In this document: positions 1 through 14,100 of the stretch, piece after piece
Numbering within the stretch: position 1 is the stretch's first letter
How the letters are laid out: each line of letters begins with the position of its first letter
NCBI GenBank assembly: GCA_964106645.2
Contig: OZ067043.1
DNA from: Podarcis pityusensis
Lineage: Eukaryota
Direction: 5' to 3' (one strand)
DNA length: 64,000 bases
Translations under genes and position numbers: made by a program
Notes under the pieces: model-generated
The model's database searches: none
What the model was told of the DNA's origin: nothing
What the model saw: only the letters and a program-made list of their open reading frames with translations

Positions 1-168
1 TGGGAGATTGGCAGATAGCTAAGATGAGCCTGCTGACGACTCTTAACGACTGTAATAGGTCTTACAGGAAAAGGCAAGGGGTGAGAAGGTGAGAAATGGC
101 TTAGTCATTAAAATAGTTTTTCACAAACTCCCCTGCACCCTGCCACCAAATAGTTTCTAAAATAGCTA

Positions 169-385
169 CAGTGGTACCTCTGGTTATGAACTTAATTCGT
201 TCTGGAGGTCCATTCTTAATCGGAAACCGTTCTTAACCTGAGGTACCACTTTAGCTAATTGGGCCTGCCGTGCTGCCGGCACGTGATTTCTGTTCTCATC
301 CTGAGGTAAAGTTCTTAACCTGAGGTACCACTTCTGGGTTAGCAGAGTTTGTAACCTGAAGTGTTTGTAACCCGAGGTACCACTG
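169..385. mobile_element. Tc1/mariner (Tigger/pogo-like) MITE
   Basis: TA|CAGTGGTACCTC...GAGGTACCACTG|TA; same family as 21285, 28865, 47629 and 57488. Confidence 0.88.
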
Positions 386-780
386 TATAGTAGTTGGATA
401 AAATCTTTAAACATGAAATAGACAGTTTTGAAATTTCTGCTCTTAAGAGACAGTCTATTATGTACAAGAACTTTTTATAGAGGTTTGGAAGTTTTGAGTG
501 ATAGAGGGATAGTTGTTGAATGCAGTTGAGAGAGCATGTATATGGAACTTTCAAACAACAATTTAATTTTGTGTTGCTCGGAATGCACAATTTAAAATAC
601 ATCTGCTGTGCTACCACATGGCTCTTCACATATATCTACCACTATTGTTCAGTCCCAGTAGTCTGAGATACAGAAGTTCTAATTTAGGGTGGAAGCGTTC
701 ATATGGTCTAATCAGTCAAGAGGGAAGTAGTACTCTGAATTTTCAGGAAGGGGAAATGCAGTTTTGGGAAGGCTTGTTAT

Positions 781-1035
781 AGGATCATGGAATCGTAGAG
801 TTGGAAGGGACCCGGAGAGTCATGTGGTCCAACCCCCTTCAATGCAGGAATCTCAGATAAAGCAACCATTACAGATAGCCATTCAACCTCTGCTTAAAAA
901 CCTCCAAGGAAGGAGAGTCCACAACCTCCCGAGGGAGTCTGTTCCACCGTTGAACAGCTCTTAACATCAGAAAGCTTTCCCATAAGTTTAGTCAGAATCT
1001 CCTTTCTTGTAACTTGAAGCCATTGTTGTTCCTGA
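781..1035 (-). mobile_element. CR1 LINE 3' fragment
   Basis: gaatcgtagagttggaagggacc...ctccaaggaaggagagtccacaacctccc...cttgtaacttgaagcc is the reverse complement of a CR1 3' end. Confidence 0.8.
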
Positions 1036-1351
1036 GTAGTCTGTAGGAATGCAAAGGTGCAAAGAAAGACAATTGTATATGGGTTTAGCAAAGCAGTGGG
1101 AGTCATATGTAGGGGTGAAATTGCATCATTTACTGAGACATTTGGGCATTTAATTATGTAAAGAAAAGAGTTAAATGGGATAACGAAGTAAGCTTTTGTC
1201 TGATTTCATATAGATGTGGGATCTTTTTTATTTACTGTTTTGGTGGTGATATGACTAATTTTATTGGCTGTATTTGATTGTAATCAGACAGATTTTGTAA
1301 AACTGAAGTATTTCACATTGATATATTTTTGCCAACCCTTTCCTTTTTTAG

Positions 1352-1670
1352 GTTTATGATTTGTTGTGATAGATGTGAGGAATGGTTTCATGGAAACTGC
1401 GTAGGGATTTCAGAGGCTCGTGGGCGACTCTTGGAAAGGAATGGGGAGGACTATATCTGCCCAAATTGCACCATTCTGCAGGTGCATGATGAGACAGTTA
1501 TGGATGCAGACCAACAACAAACCATGTTGGGACAGGTAACAGGTGATGGCACAGAGCTTACAAGCATAGGAACTGTTGAGCAAAAGTCCATTGAAGACCA
1601 AGGAATCAAGGGACGGATTGAAAAGGCTGCTAATCCCAGTGGAAAGAAAAAGCTCAAAATATTTCAACCA
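1352..1670 (+). CDS. DIDO1: DIDO1 coding exon, C-terminal part of PHD finger
   Basis: ttttttag|G acceptor, CCA|gtgagt donor; encodes FMICCDRCEEWFHGNCVGISEARGRLLERNGEDYICPNC...KKKLKIFQP, matching the DIDO PHD. Confidence 0.97.
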
Positions 1671-2476
1671 GTGAGTATTTAATTTGTAGTGACATGAGGC
1701 TAAGTGTGTTTCTAGTGCAACTGTTCTGGTTCAGAACTGAAGTGAAAGAAAAAGTCACCCTGGGTATAATTAAATTTTGTATTTTTTGTATGTTATAGTA
1801 TTAAGCAAATACACTACTTAGATATAGGTAATTCATTATACTTAGTGAATCAGAATACTAATATATTTTAGAAGAGGAAATGGGGAAGTATTGCTCATTC
1901 TTAGCTACTTTGGTTGCATCTGCATGCTTTTCTGTCATTCTGTCTTAGTTCTCCCTTGCTATAGGGCTATAATTGGATGTTTGTTTGTTTAAATGTGTTA
2001 CCAAGTTTCTTAGACATTACATTAACAAAATGCTTTCTCTTTTCTCTCTATTTCCTACCCCCTAAGTATCTCCTTCCACAATTGTCCTATTTATCCTGTA
2101 TACAAAGAAGGAAAAGGTGGGGTGAGGGAACAACATATTCGTATGGAATAGTTATAGCACACACACCCTGCTGCATGAATATCAGTTTAAGATATGGAAG
2201 AGCTATCCATGACCATAATTTCTTTTTGTCTTGTGCTTCAGTTATTTTAAAAATAGGGAACAGATTATTATGAAAGCCTCTACTCATTTCTGAATCTCAG
2301 AAGTTGCTAATTGCTTTCTAGGTTTCTGTATATCAGGAATAGGAAGTCTTTGACCCTGCAAATGTTAGTCTGCAATTCCCATCATCCCTAACTATTGGCT
2401 ATTTTGGCTAGGTTTGATGGAAGTTGGGAGTCCAAGAACATTTGGAGGATCAAGCTCCATGCCTATCAAGGCTATA

Positions 2477-2671
2477 CAGTGGATCCTCCGGATATGAACT
2501 TAATTCATCCAGGGGGTCCCTACTCACCCCGAAAAGTCCATATCCGGTGGCGCCGCTTATGCGCATGCACACGGCGCAGTAGAGCGCTTCTGTGCGGCGA
2601 AACCTGGAAGTATACACTTTTGTAACTCGAAATTACATCACCCAACGGTAATATAACCTAAGGTACCACTG
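2477..2671. mobile_element. Tigger-like MITE (second subfamily, GCGCATGC-rich core)
   Basis: TA|CAGTGGATCCTC...AGGTACCACTG|TA; related to 35981-36211. Confidence 0.8.
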
Positions 2672-3888
2672 TACATGATTTCAATTTCTGTTGTTAATTT
2701 TGTTGTAGAGTTGATTAGATGTTACTAGAGAGTTCTGGCATTTTTATTGCAATGTGCCATAATCTAAATTCTTTTTCTATTGGTCTTGCCTGAAAAGGCC
2801 CAAATCTACTTTCACTTTATAAAATAAGTAAGATTTATAAAAATAATCAGCATAACTGTTGGGAGATGAATTATTAAAGCAGATCCTTCCTCCACACATT
2901 TGATAATAAACCAGATGACAGCACCAGATTCTGGAGGCAAATTATTATAGTAGACAAATTATGCAAATTTCACTTAATCTTATACTATACGTGATCTATA
3001 ACTCCATGAGTAGAACTTACCATGAACTAATATGGAATTTGCTAATCCCTAGTTTCTAGTAAAAACATAATTCAAGACATACCTATTCTGGAATAGATTA
3101 TCAAAGTGTGGAACATACCAGAAATTGGGGTGGAGGAAACAGAACAGAGTTGAGAGATGGGAGACCAACCAAAGAGTATTTAGAAAGTGAGGAATGGAGT
3201 ACAGGGGGATGCAAAGGGAAGGAGAAATGTCCCAAATCAAATGAGATGTCTGCATATCAGATTATCTCTTTACTTTCCCTACACTCATTCCGATGAGGTT
3301 CAGGCGAGGGCCCCAGTCTTCCAGGGAGCCTTGGTGGGGGGAGAGAAAGGGTGGAAAGCATTCTTTCTGTGAACTCCTTTCATTCACTTATGAATTCACA
3401 CTGATTAGTCTAGATAACAGCTCACCTTTACCTGGGAGGAATCCTCCCAGAAGGCAAAAAGTAGATTTCGCATCCCCACTGGCCTTGCTCGTAGAGGTTG
3501 TCACTGTGTCAGAACTTAACGTTACCCTTCTTAGTCAAGTAGACTAAGTAGACTTGACTATTTCTAAAAAAACAAAAACCCAAGTTCTACAAATCTTTTT
3601 AGAATGTACATCCAAACATACATGCAGAAACTTTGTAAGAAAAACACCTATAGATTGCAAAATGCAGACAGTCTTTAGCACATGAACACATATAAAAAAG
3701 ATAGAAACAGATGAAAAATAGAAGAGCAAACCACCATTAAGAAAAGCAAGCCTTTAAAATATATCTGAGCTTTGTCAAAGTGCATGTATGACAGCTCTGT
3801 TTTTAGCATTGTTGTGTCAAAATCTTGCCAGTGATAAAGAGGTTAAACATTTTTCTTTTCTTTTTTAATTTCTTGTGCTGTTCTTCAG

Positions 3889-4095
3889 GTAGTTGAAGAG
3901 CCTGAAGCAGCCAGTTGCATTGGCCCAGGGTGTTCTAATGTTGCTCAGTCAGGTTCTGTGTACTGTGGTCATGAATGCATTCTCAAACATGCTGCAGCCA
4001 CCATGAAGTTTCTAAGTGAAGGCAAAGAGCAAAAGCCAAAAGAGAAGACCAAACCAAAAGTTGAACGAGCTGTTGCTGTAAAACCTCAGCCTATG
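3889..4095 (+). CDS. DIDO1: DIDO1 coding exon
   Basis: ttcttcag| acceptor, ATG|gtaagt donor, 207 nt phase 0; VVEEPEAASCIGPGCSNVAQSGSVYCGHECILKHAAATMKFLSEGKEQKPKEK... Confidence 0.95.
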
Positions 4096-4271
4096 GTAAG
4101 TCTGAATTGTTTTTGAAGTAAATAGCCCTTCCCACACCACACACAGAGGGAGATCTTGGAGGAACAGACATTTTGTAAAATAGAAAAAAATTCATTTTCA
4201 TGGTAAAAGATCCAAATTTTTCCTCAAGTTATTTTGTGTGCTCCCTTGATGAGATCTCATCATTCTATCTA

Positions 4272-4560
4272 ATTAAGAACATAATATCTTTGCTGGATCA
4301 GAACAAATGCCTATCTAGTCCACCATCCTGTTCCCTCTGTGGCTTATGAGAAATGCACAAGCAGGGCATTTCCACTGTTGTTTACCGTAGTGACCGGTAT
4401 GGTAATAAATTTTCTTCCTGTAGTATATAACCATCGATATACTCAAGGAATCTAACTAATCCCCATTTAAAGCAGTCTATGTTGGTTATTATCATACTTT
4501 GATGATTTTATACTGTGTGAAGAAGTATTTCCTTTTGTGTGTCCTGAATCTTCTATCCAT
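4272..4560 (-). mobile_element. degenerate CR1 3' fragment
   Basis: aagaacataa...gctggatcag...ctagtcca.catcctgttc motif; similar copies at ~36710-36930 (-) and ~59815-59950 (+). Confidence 0.55.
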
Positions 4561-5567
4561 TTAGCTAATTTGAATGAGCACAACTTCTGGTGTTGGGGGG
4601 GGGGGGATATCACAGTTTCCATCCTAAATCCCACCACCACCTTTGCTGTGAGAGCAGCATTATCATATATATGTCTGCTTTCCTTTACAGAATCATTAAA
4701 AGAACTGCTGTCTCTCCTAAGAATATGCTGTTTTATAGCGCTAGTTACAAAGCAATCTACAACCTAGATTGTTAGCCACATTAAGACCAGAAGGTATCAA
4801 AAAACAAACAAACTCAAAACCAGTAACATTCCTTGAAAAAGACATTTGATACATCGCTGGCACACACATGTTCACAATTGCAGATTAATGCCCCATTTGA
4901 CCTCATTAAGCTGATACAGTTCTCATAATAGTCTCATACAGAGGTTCTTGTTTGTAAAAGCATACATGAGAACAGGGATCAGCACACTAAGCTGTGCCTC
5001 ACTGTTGCTCACCAACTCATGGAGAGCAAAGATCTACGTGTTTAATGGTCATAGCAATAGCATAAAAATTTATTGCAGAATAGAGAATGATTTTGAAAAC
5101 ATTTGCCCTGTGCAGTCACTTGATCACGAGTGCACTAAACTCAGTCTCTTCCCTGTCCCCTGCTGTCACCCACCAGTTCAGGGAAGGGAAACCGCTGAAG
5201 TGGGGAACTTCCTGTACTCATGGAGGCTCCCCAAACAAATTAGAACCACGGTTAGGTGCAGGTTGTTCTTTGCTTCAGATCCTTTGCACCCATGTTAATC
5301 TATGGGTTGGTGGAACATCAGCTACAAACGGGTGCTCAACCACCTATTATGATCTGCATTCACTTTGCTATAGTGTGTTGTGCATACTATTGATCACAAG
5401 CCAGGGTTATAGTTTCTGGAGGTGGCATGCAGAGAAATATAGTACAGAATTTTGTTGCATGAGATGTTTGCAAGTTCTCTAATACACAACGAACTGACCT
5501 CTACTCCTGTGTTATGATGACTGTATTATTGCAATACTTAGTGATTAAGGTTCTGCTGGTTACACAG

Positions 5568-5793
5568 GCCGGTATCAGACCTCTCTCCGCACAGAAGAGA
5601 CCAGCTCCTGATAAAAGAGAGATTATCGTGAAGAAAACCGTGGCAGCACCCATAAAGACCGAAGCAAATACTCAGACAGTTGCTAAAGAGCCAGCTTCAG
5701 AAAGCAGCACACCATCCTGGGCAAGCGATCATAATTATAATGCAGTAAAGCCAGAAAAGACTCCTGCCATTTCATCATCACTGTTGTTCAAAT
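5568..5793 (+). CDS. DIDO1: DIDO1 coding exon (last exon shared with the short isoform)
   Basis: tacacag| acceptor, AAAT|gtatgt donor; AGIRPLSAQKRPAP...SSTPSWASDHNYNAVKPEKT. Confidence 0.93.
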
Positions 5794-7937
5794 GTATGTA
5801 TTTCACAGGGATATACCTCTGCAATCATTACACTTTCCTTGAGTACCTTTCAACTTTTGACCCTGTTAAATTAGAAAGGGGTTTTAATTACGGTCTTTCC
5901 CCATCTTCAAAGATTTGTACACATACCTCTCAGGGAGAGTTTCAAGGCTCATATATAGAAACGACAACTTGGGGTTTTCTCTCAGGTTGTATAAAATGGC
6001 ACTTAAGCGTATACTTGCAGGTTAACAAACCTATTATTTTTCATAGATGATAGGTATGTTCTAATAGAAGGTAGGTAATGATAAACATTTATTTGTTTCC
6101 TAAGTTTATATAATGTACAGAGTAACTGTTTTGTTCACTTTCATTTAAGTCCCTATCTGCCTTTGCATTATGACTTAGGAATGTCAGGTCTACAAGGTTT
6201 CTGAATGATTCAAATGGATAATTTACATGCATACACAACCACACAACTTTTAGGTATTAATTTTGGGGAGTTTTGGGAGGGGCTGATCCTCCTTCCAAGA
6301 ATGTGACTTACATGAAATCATGTCAAGGCCCATCTTAAACCATAGGGATTTTTATCTATGAAAGGTATGTGTCAGAGGCATTCGTCAAGGTAGAACAATA
6401 GGAGAAGAGTTCTCACCTTGAATGTCACAACTTTAAAGTATTTGAAGAACATTTTTGGCAATGTTTAGCTTATAAAGGTAAGTAAGTTAGCGCTTTGCAA
6501 TGTAAAAATGATTGTTCTCTTAGGCCTGTTTTACTTCCTTCATTTAAACAGTGTTGCAGTTGTTTTTTTATTGCATGGCAAAAGGTAAAGGACTTAATGC
6601 TCAAATGTGTCAGACATATTTGTAATCCCCGATATAAGGCTCTGCATCAGTAACAGTAGAAAAAGACAAAACTCTTAGGTCTGCTACTAAAATAACAGTC
6701 TCTAAATGTTTGCTTGATTTCCACTGGAAGATGGCTTTGGTGAAACCCTGAAAGAATGGAGTTCCAGGGCTTGAGGAGAAGCCACCTTTCATTTCGGCCT
6801 GCTTTCATTTTGGGGGGTTTGACCAACAAAGTAATGCCTTTTGCTTGTCAGTGGCAGCCAAGAGCAGGAGGATTTGGTATCTAAGGCATGTAGGATTCAA
6901 ACACCTTTATTTAAAACCTCCCGTAGGTTTGTTTCTCCTTGTCACTTTCATTAACCCAGCCCAGCCTTTCAACGAAATCTACGAAGCTTGCTAGTCCACC
7001 TGCCTGCACATAGCCCTATGGGTCACTTCTGGCACAACAGTCTGAAAGAGCCAGTTATCTTCCAGCTTACTAAAGCTTCCTTACCTAGTCACTTCAAGGC
7101 TACTTTGCCAGGCAAGTGGCTATTGAGAAGCCTAATCTCAGCAATGTCTATATCAATTGTACATTAACTGGTACATTATCAAAATGTGAGCATTTTTGTG
7201 AAATCCCATAACTAGCGGGGAAATTTAGAGTTGGAACTATCTTTTTGTCGTTGCTGTTATGCTTGAAAATGGACATATTCATTTAGTTTGTATTTAGTGA
7301 AGAGCTTTCACCATCTCTAGAAGCTGCTCCCACTTCAAGGTAAGTTCTATGAATGTCTTCAAGTTATTTGTATCACTGCTAAACTACCAAATATAAATTC
7401 ATTCATTGAAACGACTCCTTTCTCCTTCAGTGGTGGAGGTTATCCAGGAGTGGTTACTCCTCCCCCTTTCTTGGGAGGCAGTGTTATACAAGATTTGTAT
7501 GTGTAGATTGATTAGTCCTGGCACTATGTGGGGTTGGGCATGTACAGAAGTCTTATTGATCATCACCTGATGGAGTAGATCTGGATCTCACATACATTAC
7601 ATGAAACTTCATTCATTTCCTTTCTGATCTCTGAAAAACACACTATTATGGTAGACAGCAATAAGCTCTACAGCATTAGAGACATGGCACCCTACTATGC
7701 TCCATCTACTCTTGCATGTCTTTGCACTCCTCAGAAATATCTAAAGTACTTATGACCCCATGCTGATTGGATGCTCGCTGCACTGTAGTGCCTGGTCGTG
7801 AGTGTTCATTTTCCTGAAAAATGACCTTAAAAACATCATCACACTCTTAAATTAGATGTTAGTAAAGGGAACTTCTTAGATAACTGCACTAGTTTCCTTT
7901 CATAATAGCTATAAGTTACTCTAGAGTTACTTTAGAG

Positions 7938-8118
7938 CAGAGGTTCCCAAACTGGTCTGCAGGCTTCATTGAAGTGGTCCATGACATGTCTCCAACAATA
8001 CAGTCTAGCACAGTGCATCACAGTCACTACAACAGAGAAATCATTAAGTAGTCCTCCAAGACCCTCAGTAATTTTCAGGTGGTTTGTGTCTGTGTGGGGG
8101 GGATTTGGGGAAATGCTG
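7938..8118. mobile_element. hAT (Charlie-like) MITE
   Basis: CAGAGGTTCCCAAA...TTTGGGGAAATGCTG with 8-bp TSD ctttagag/ctctagag. Confidence 0.7.
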
Positions 8119-11100
8119 CTCTAGAGTAATTTTGTACAGTAAGGTCCTTTTCAGAGTTCTGCTCAATACTGCACCCATCACCTAGTGGGACCCTACTACA
8201 CATTAAGCAAATACATGATACTGCTGTTCCGAGGAACTTCAGATGGAAAGAATAAAGGAGATACCATGCATATTGCTCTGGGCAAAACAATAACACTGTA
8301 GGGAGGAAAAGGATTCCCTATTGCTCTAATATACCTTGTAGGCTGATAGTGTACTATGGGGAGGGGAAGAAGTAGCTTCAGCATTATATATCCTATTTCT
8401 GTGACAGGTATCTTACTATAACATCAAATGTCCCTTATCCATGATTACATTAAAAAAAAAAATTAAAAAATATGCTCGTAGGGAGAGGGTTGGGAATTAG
8501 CAGATCAAGTTCTCAATTTGGACTTCTCGTCCATGGCTATTGAGTCACTATCAGTGATTCAATGAAACTGTTCAAGTACCGAGGAAGGGAAGCTGTGTTC
8601 TGTACCCTAACATTCCTGTCACACCTTTATCACTGTTTACAGGTACTCAGCCACTGGAGGCAAAATTTCTGTTACTCAGAAAAAGAGTGGGGTTTTCTTT
8701 CAGTCTTATTAGAGCGATTTATTGTGGGTTATCCCATTTTACCCTGACAACAGCTTTGTAAGGCAAGTCAGGCTGAGAGATAGTGACTTCCCGGTGAATG
8801 TTCTAATTGAACAAGGTTTTGAACCTGAGTTTCCCACATTAAATTCAAAAAGTTCAGCTATTTGACTATGCTTGAATTTATTTGTTTCTTAACAGCAAAC
8901 AATATACAATCATACCCTGCTTTATGAGAGTAGGATGGCAAGGAGAATTTCAGATTACTTAAACATGCTGTTCAGTACACAACTTCAACATTAAAAACAC
9001 AGCTATAAAACCAAACCTGTATTGCCACAATTATGTATATGTGTCTATTGCGATAGCATTTTTGATGCATCATTCTAATGCAGATCAGTAGGGAATTCAC
9101 TTACTCTGTCATTCTGAAAGTATGATGGTGTCATACATTGTCATGCAGTCTTGAGTTGGCTGCAGGACAAATGTAGTCACAAACAAAGAATGTGGAATTA
9201 AAGTCCAAATAATGGGACAGAGTATTTCAAGTGCTGGTAAGAAACTTCTTATTACAAAACCAATCCAGAAATCCGATGGATGAACCTTCTGCCACCTACT
9301 GGGCAGGAGAGAGATTAAAGTTTCTTAATTTTTTTTGTTCTTAGTTGATTCTGACTGTCTAGAATCAGAACACTGATGATAGGATTTAAAACTAACATCT
9401 CATTTCAACACACCATCTGCTTTTCCTTTGCAGTTGAGAAAAACGAAATTGATAGATTTACTGGCCACAATGAAAGCTTTAATGTACTTCTGACTTCAAA
9501 ACACAATTTCATTGTAGCTTTTATTTTTGTCTGTAAAAACTAGAATATTAAGAGTCACTGAGAGTTGAAAATGTTTTGACAGTGGAAAGCTGTGAAAGAA
9601 AAAGCAATAATGAAATTAGGGGAAGTATATTTGACAAGCCTTTTAAAAATAACATCTTACTAACACACCACCTATCTGATTGAGTTGTACCTGCCACTCT
9701 GGGTGGCTGGGTCCATAAGCAAAAGAGGAATTCAAAAAGAAATTATAGCAATGAAATGGTTAAATCAGTATATAGTTACTGGTCCTGCTTTAAGCTACTT
9801 TTTCTAATAAGAAGTCAGGGCTAGGCTTAAATACTCCTCTCAGCCCTTCCTTTCCATTAAAGTTGGTTTTAAAGTGCTAGAATGCTTTAACATCGCATTG
9901 ATCTATACTGAGGTCAAGAATAGTGTTAGAGTGCTGTTGTAAACTCCATTTCTCAGGTAGTAGTAATCAATTAAAAGTGCTTAAATTGAAGGAAGTAATT
10001 AGCAGCCTGGTGAGAAGAGAAAGTGGCTGGCAACATCTCAAGATGCAGCCAGGATTTCTAAACAGTAGAGGAAGCATATCACTAATTTTTCTTCAAAATC
10101 AACAAAACACCTTGAAGTTCAATGTTTTCTCATTGTAGAGTTTTTTCAGATGAGAATTGTTGAAAACCAGAGAGTAGTATTTATGGGACTAGAAAGAGGA
10201 CGAGTACTCTAATAATCCAGCCTTGTTAATTAGTGACTGAACTGCAGAAAAACATTAACTCATGAGAGGGTTTCCTTTTATGAGTAAAAAGGCTAGTAAA
10301 AATGTAGGAGGCTGACAGAGGAGATATTTGTTGACAGCCTTCCAACACTGACAGCGTGGTTGATTTATATGCTAGGTGTACAAGAAGGGACTGTGCCTCC
10401 TGTGCAAGCAATATAAACGCCTGCTCTCTAGGTATTCTGCTGCACTTCTGTGCTGGCAAAGGAGGAAGGGGCTTTCCTTTTCCCACAGCCAGGGTAGAAG
10501 CTAGTAAAATTGCAACAAATTGGTCTGGAGGGAATTTTGTGCCCTTGCCTATGTGGTATTCCTTATCACCAGGGGCAGCCAGACAAGTGCTTAAATATAA
10601 GAGTGTTCTAATCACTTGACCATTTGTTCTGATCAGAGCAAGTCATATTTTGTGCCCTAGAGCATTTGCAAGATGTTCCATGCTGGGTAGGTGTAGGAAA
10701 CTAAATACTAGCCTGGAATTAAAAAGATGATTATATAGAAGTAAGGGTAGTGTGCAGAATCAGGGGCAAGTTCTTACCTGAAGAAAATCTCTTGTGTGAG
10801 AGCAGTGACCCAGATCAGTTAGCAGGTGTAATTCAATCATTTGGGGCTGTCATGTGTCTACCTCGTCAACTCTTTCTTCGCTAATCAAATATAAAGGGAA
10901 TGTAAGGCTCCTTCCTACTATATATGTTTTGAGTTTTTTATCATTATCTTAAACTGGCTGAGTGACTAATTGGAACTCTTCCTCCTCCCCTCCAAATAAA
11001 AGGGGTTCTCCGTGCTGATGTCTTATACTTCCAGTATTACAGACAAAGGAGCAGATCTGGACTGCTGCGTGGCTTCTGACTGTGCCTGAAAGCAGTGAAT

Positions 11101-14100
11101 GGGAGCTGAAGATGCCCTCCGTGGAGCTACATCTTCAAGATCTGTGCAAGAAGACTTAAGCGGTGGGCTGCACCACATATTGCAGGGGAGGTGTATAAGC
11201 TGCAGAAACATCCACTTACCTGGGTTGGTTTTGGGAGAGTGTGAAGATTTTTCTTGTCCCACAGGCCAACTGATGAGATTCTAGATGTCCAAGGAAAGCA
11301 TGCTAGACCTTGCCAGGATAAGTTTCCATAGAGCTTGAGCACCAGGGCTTGCCAATTCAATGTCCCATTTGCAATTGGTGCCATCTTGGATGATTCAGAG
11401 GAAGAAAACCGTCCTGAAAAGCGGCTATCCTTCCCTGCCTATAGTAGACCACTCCTGATAAGGCTGGTTAAAGTTCATCACACAGCATGTCACAATTACC
11501 CAGCCAAGTTGAAAACAGGTTCATCACTAATCATTTCTAAAAGGCTATATCAAACACACATGAAGCAATGCCTTATATTTATTTTCTGTACAGCACTGCG
11601 TATAGACAGCATTAATTTTCCTTCAGTTCCGCTTTTGTAAGGCTGGAGAAAACTAATTCACCCATATCTAGAATATGATCATGGTTAAAATGCAGAGAAG
11701 CTGCCTTAATCAAGTTATACGAGTTCGAAACCTGATTGTAGGCAGCAGCAAACAGTTGCAGTTTACATTTGTTCCAAGTGGGGAGTAGTACAACTGAAAA
11801 TAGTTTGAACCAACAAGCGGTCCTGGGTGACTTGAATTGGGCAAATGCTCATAGACTTGCCTCACTATTATGAAGAAATCCTGACACAGATGAAGAGCCT
11901 GTCCTAACACTTGCGAGTCCAGAATCTGGGTTTAAAGCAAGCCTTGCTTTCAAGCCTGATTTGATGACTCTCAAGAGGGGTGGGCAATGCAGCGTGTTTT
12001 GAGATTGGGGGGGGGGGGGGTTGGATGCGCTTTAGAAGGTGCTTAGTGGGTCCAGAAGGGGAACCAGGAACACAAAATAATTGATAAATAATATAGATTT
12101 AAAAGCATAACAGGAACTATCTTCCTCCAACCGCAGACAAGAGGATTTGAGGCAGATTTTGGTGACACATCTAGGAACCAGAGATTCAGGGCTACATTAG
12201 GGTGCTTGAGTGTCTTTCAAGCATGGCTCTACATGCTGCTGATGCTCTGAAGTGTTGCATTCATCTCCCAACAGTGAACATGCGGAGGCAACACTTGAGT
12301 TACAGTTTGTGGTAAGTAATATTGTGGAATGGCTGCAGCACCTGCTGATCTTTGCCATTTATACTATTCAACATTATGGAAGTGCTTGGAATGGGTTTTG
12401 CTTTTTGAGGGTTTAAAATACCCCTCCTACAAGCCTTCACACCCATCTTTTGCACTGTGAATGGGGGCTTGGGTACTTTTTTATTTACCTGGGGATTGTT
12501 CATTCCTACAAGAACATTGCACTTCCATTGTCTTAAATGGACTGGATGTTCTCTGTTAAAGAGAACATTACACACTCCATAGCACAATTCTGTAATAGTG
12601 CTGCATATAAATATTGTCAGTGCATAATAAAAAGTTAGGAAAATCCAATGAATAATAGAATTAGGCATATGTGATTAGCAGCATATGAAAATTACCTCAA
12701 GTTTGGCCCATTGATAAGACAGTTTTTCTATGCAGTTACTAAGATCTTCCACACACTACTAGTGAATTACTAGCTTAGCCTTCTATTTCAGTTTCCCTGT
12801 TCAGCAAAGGGAAAACATAGTAAATTCAGTAAAAAGCCACCTTGGCCTTTAGGGGAGTTGGAATGAGAGCAAACCTCTCCCCATTCTGACCATCTGGTTT
12901 CTTGAGACCAATAAGGCCTCCAGAGGTTCCCATCTACTTTTAGCCTTGCACAAATCGGCAACCCGAGAACAGCACACAAGATTCTCTTAAGCCACTTGCT
13001 GGGAAACATTAGATTATTGCAAATTGTGCCACACGGAGACTTGGCAGAAACTGCTTTCTCAGAAATCTGCAATGAAATGCATTTGGGATTTTTGTACATT
13101 TTAGCTACAGCAAACAAAACTAGTACAATCCATGTACTAAATTCTCAAATCAACCTAAGCGGAGCTCGCATTGACAATCCTCACGATGCTTACCAACTAT
13201 CTCACTCATGATACAAAATCTTGCTTCTTGCCAGAAGATGCCACCTGAGCCCTGTTAATGCAGTTTACATTTCATGTGATACTAAGAGAATACAACTGGA
13301 TCATGGGGTTGATTTGCCCTATTTCAACCAGTTACTGAGGCAGCAGTGTAATAACAAGCTACCGGTGCAGTGGTTACCAAAGCATTTTGGCCCTAGCTTT
13401 ATTACTGAAATTTTGCATTGTTGCATGGTATCCAAATAATATGGGCAGCAATGTTTGAGAAGCAGTCATGTGCAGGTGTACTGATGCATAATCATCTCAA
13501 CAGAACTACTAACCGCCTTTGTTTTGCTGAAATGGTTTCAAATTGGTATTTCAGGTAGGGTATTCTTAGCGCACATAATTTCCCACAATTTGGCAAGAAC
13601 ATGATTGCCATTTCACAAAGAGAAAATTAGATTCATGCCTTTGTTTTAGATGAGGTTTTTTTGTTTTGTTTTTAAATAAAGTGCTCCTGGTTTCATCTGA
13701 TGCAGATTATTAAGCTAGCCATTTCAAAGATTTGGTTATTTTTTTGTACGCAAAGTCAAATTTCTAAGTCAAATGTAGGCACTCTTTGAACTGAATCTGC
13801 AACAGTGGGAGTTCACTCAAAACTACTTCTGAAAGGTTAGCTTTTCTGAAAGCATTAGAGAATTGTGCAGTAGAAGACAAGATGGGGAGTCATGTGTGGA
13901 CTGGTAGGTGAGCTCTGAGGTGATCTATGCGAAGCAGCTCCATATACATACCACAACAGACACTTCTTTTCATGAAGACTAGAAACTTGATTAAGCTGAA
14001 ATTTCTAGAAATCTGAAAAATACGCTGGGTGTGATTTTGTGATTTTCATCCTTGCCGTGAATTAATGTCACTGGGTAAACCTGGAAACCACATTTAATCT

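Noticed and set aside
184-414. Similar ORFs at 184-414 and 47696-48067 suggesting a gene family
   Set aside because: Both are translations of the same non-coding MITE family
11035-11159. Phase-compatible 41-codon open stretch after ttccag (possible DIDO1 alternative last exon)
   Set aside because: The length is within chance expectation, the acceptor is modest and I recognise no homology
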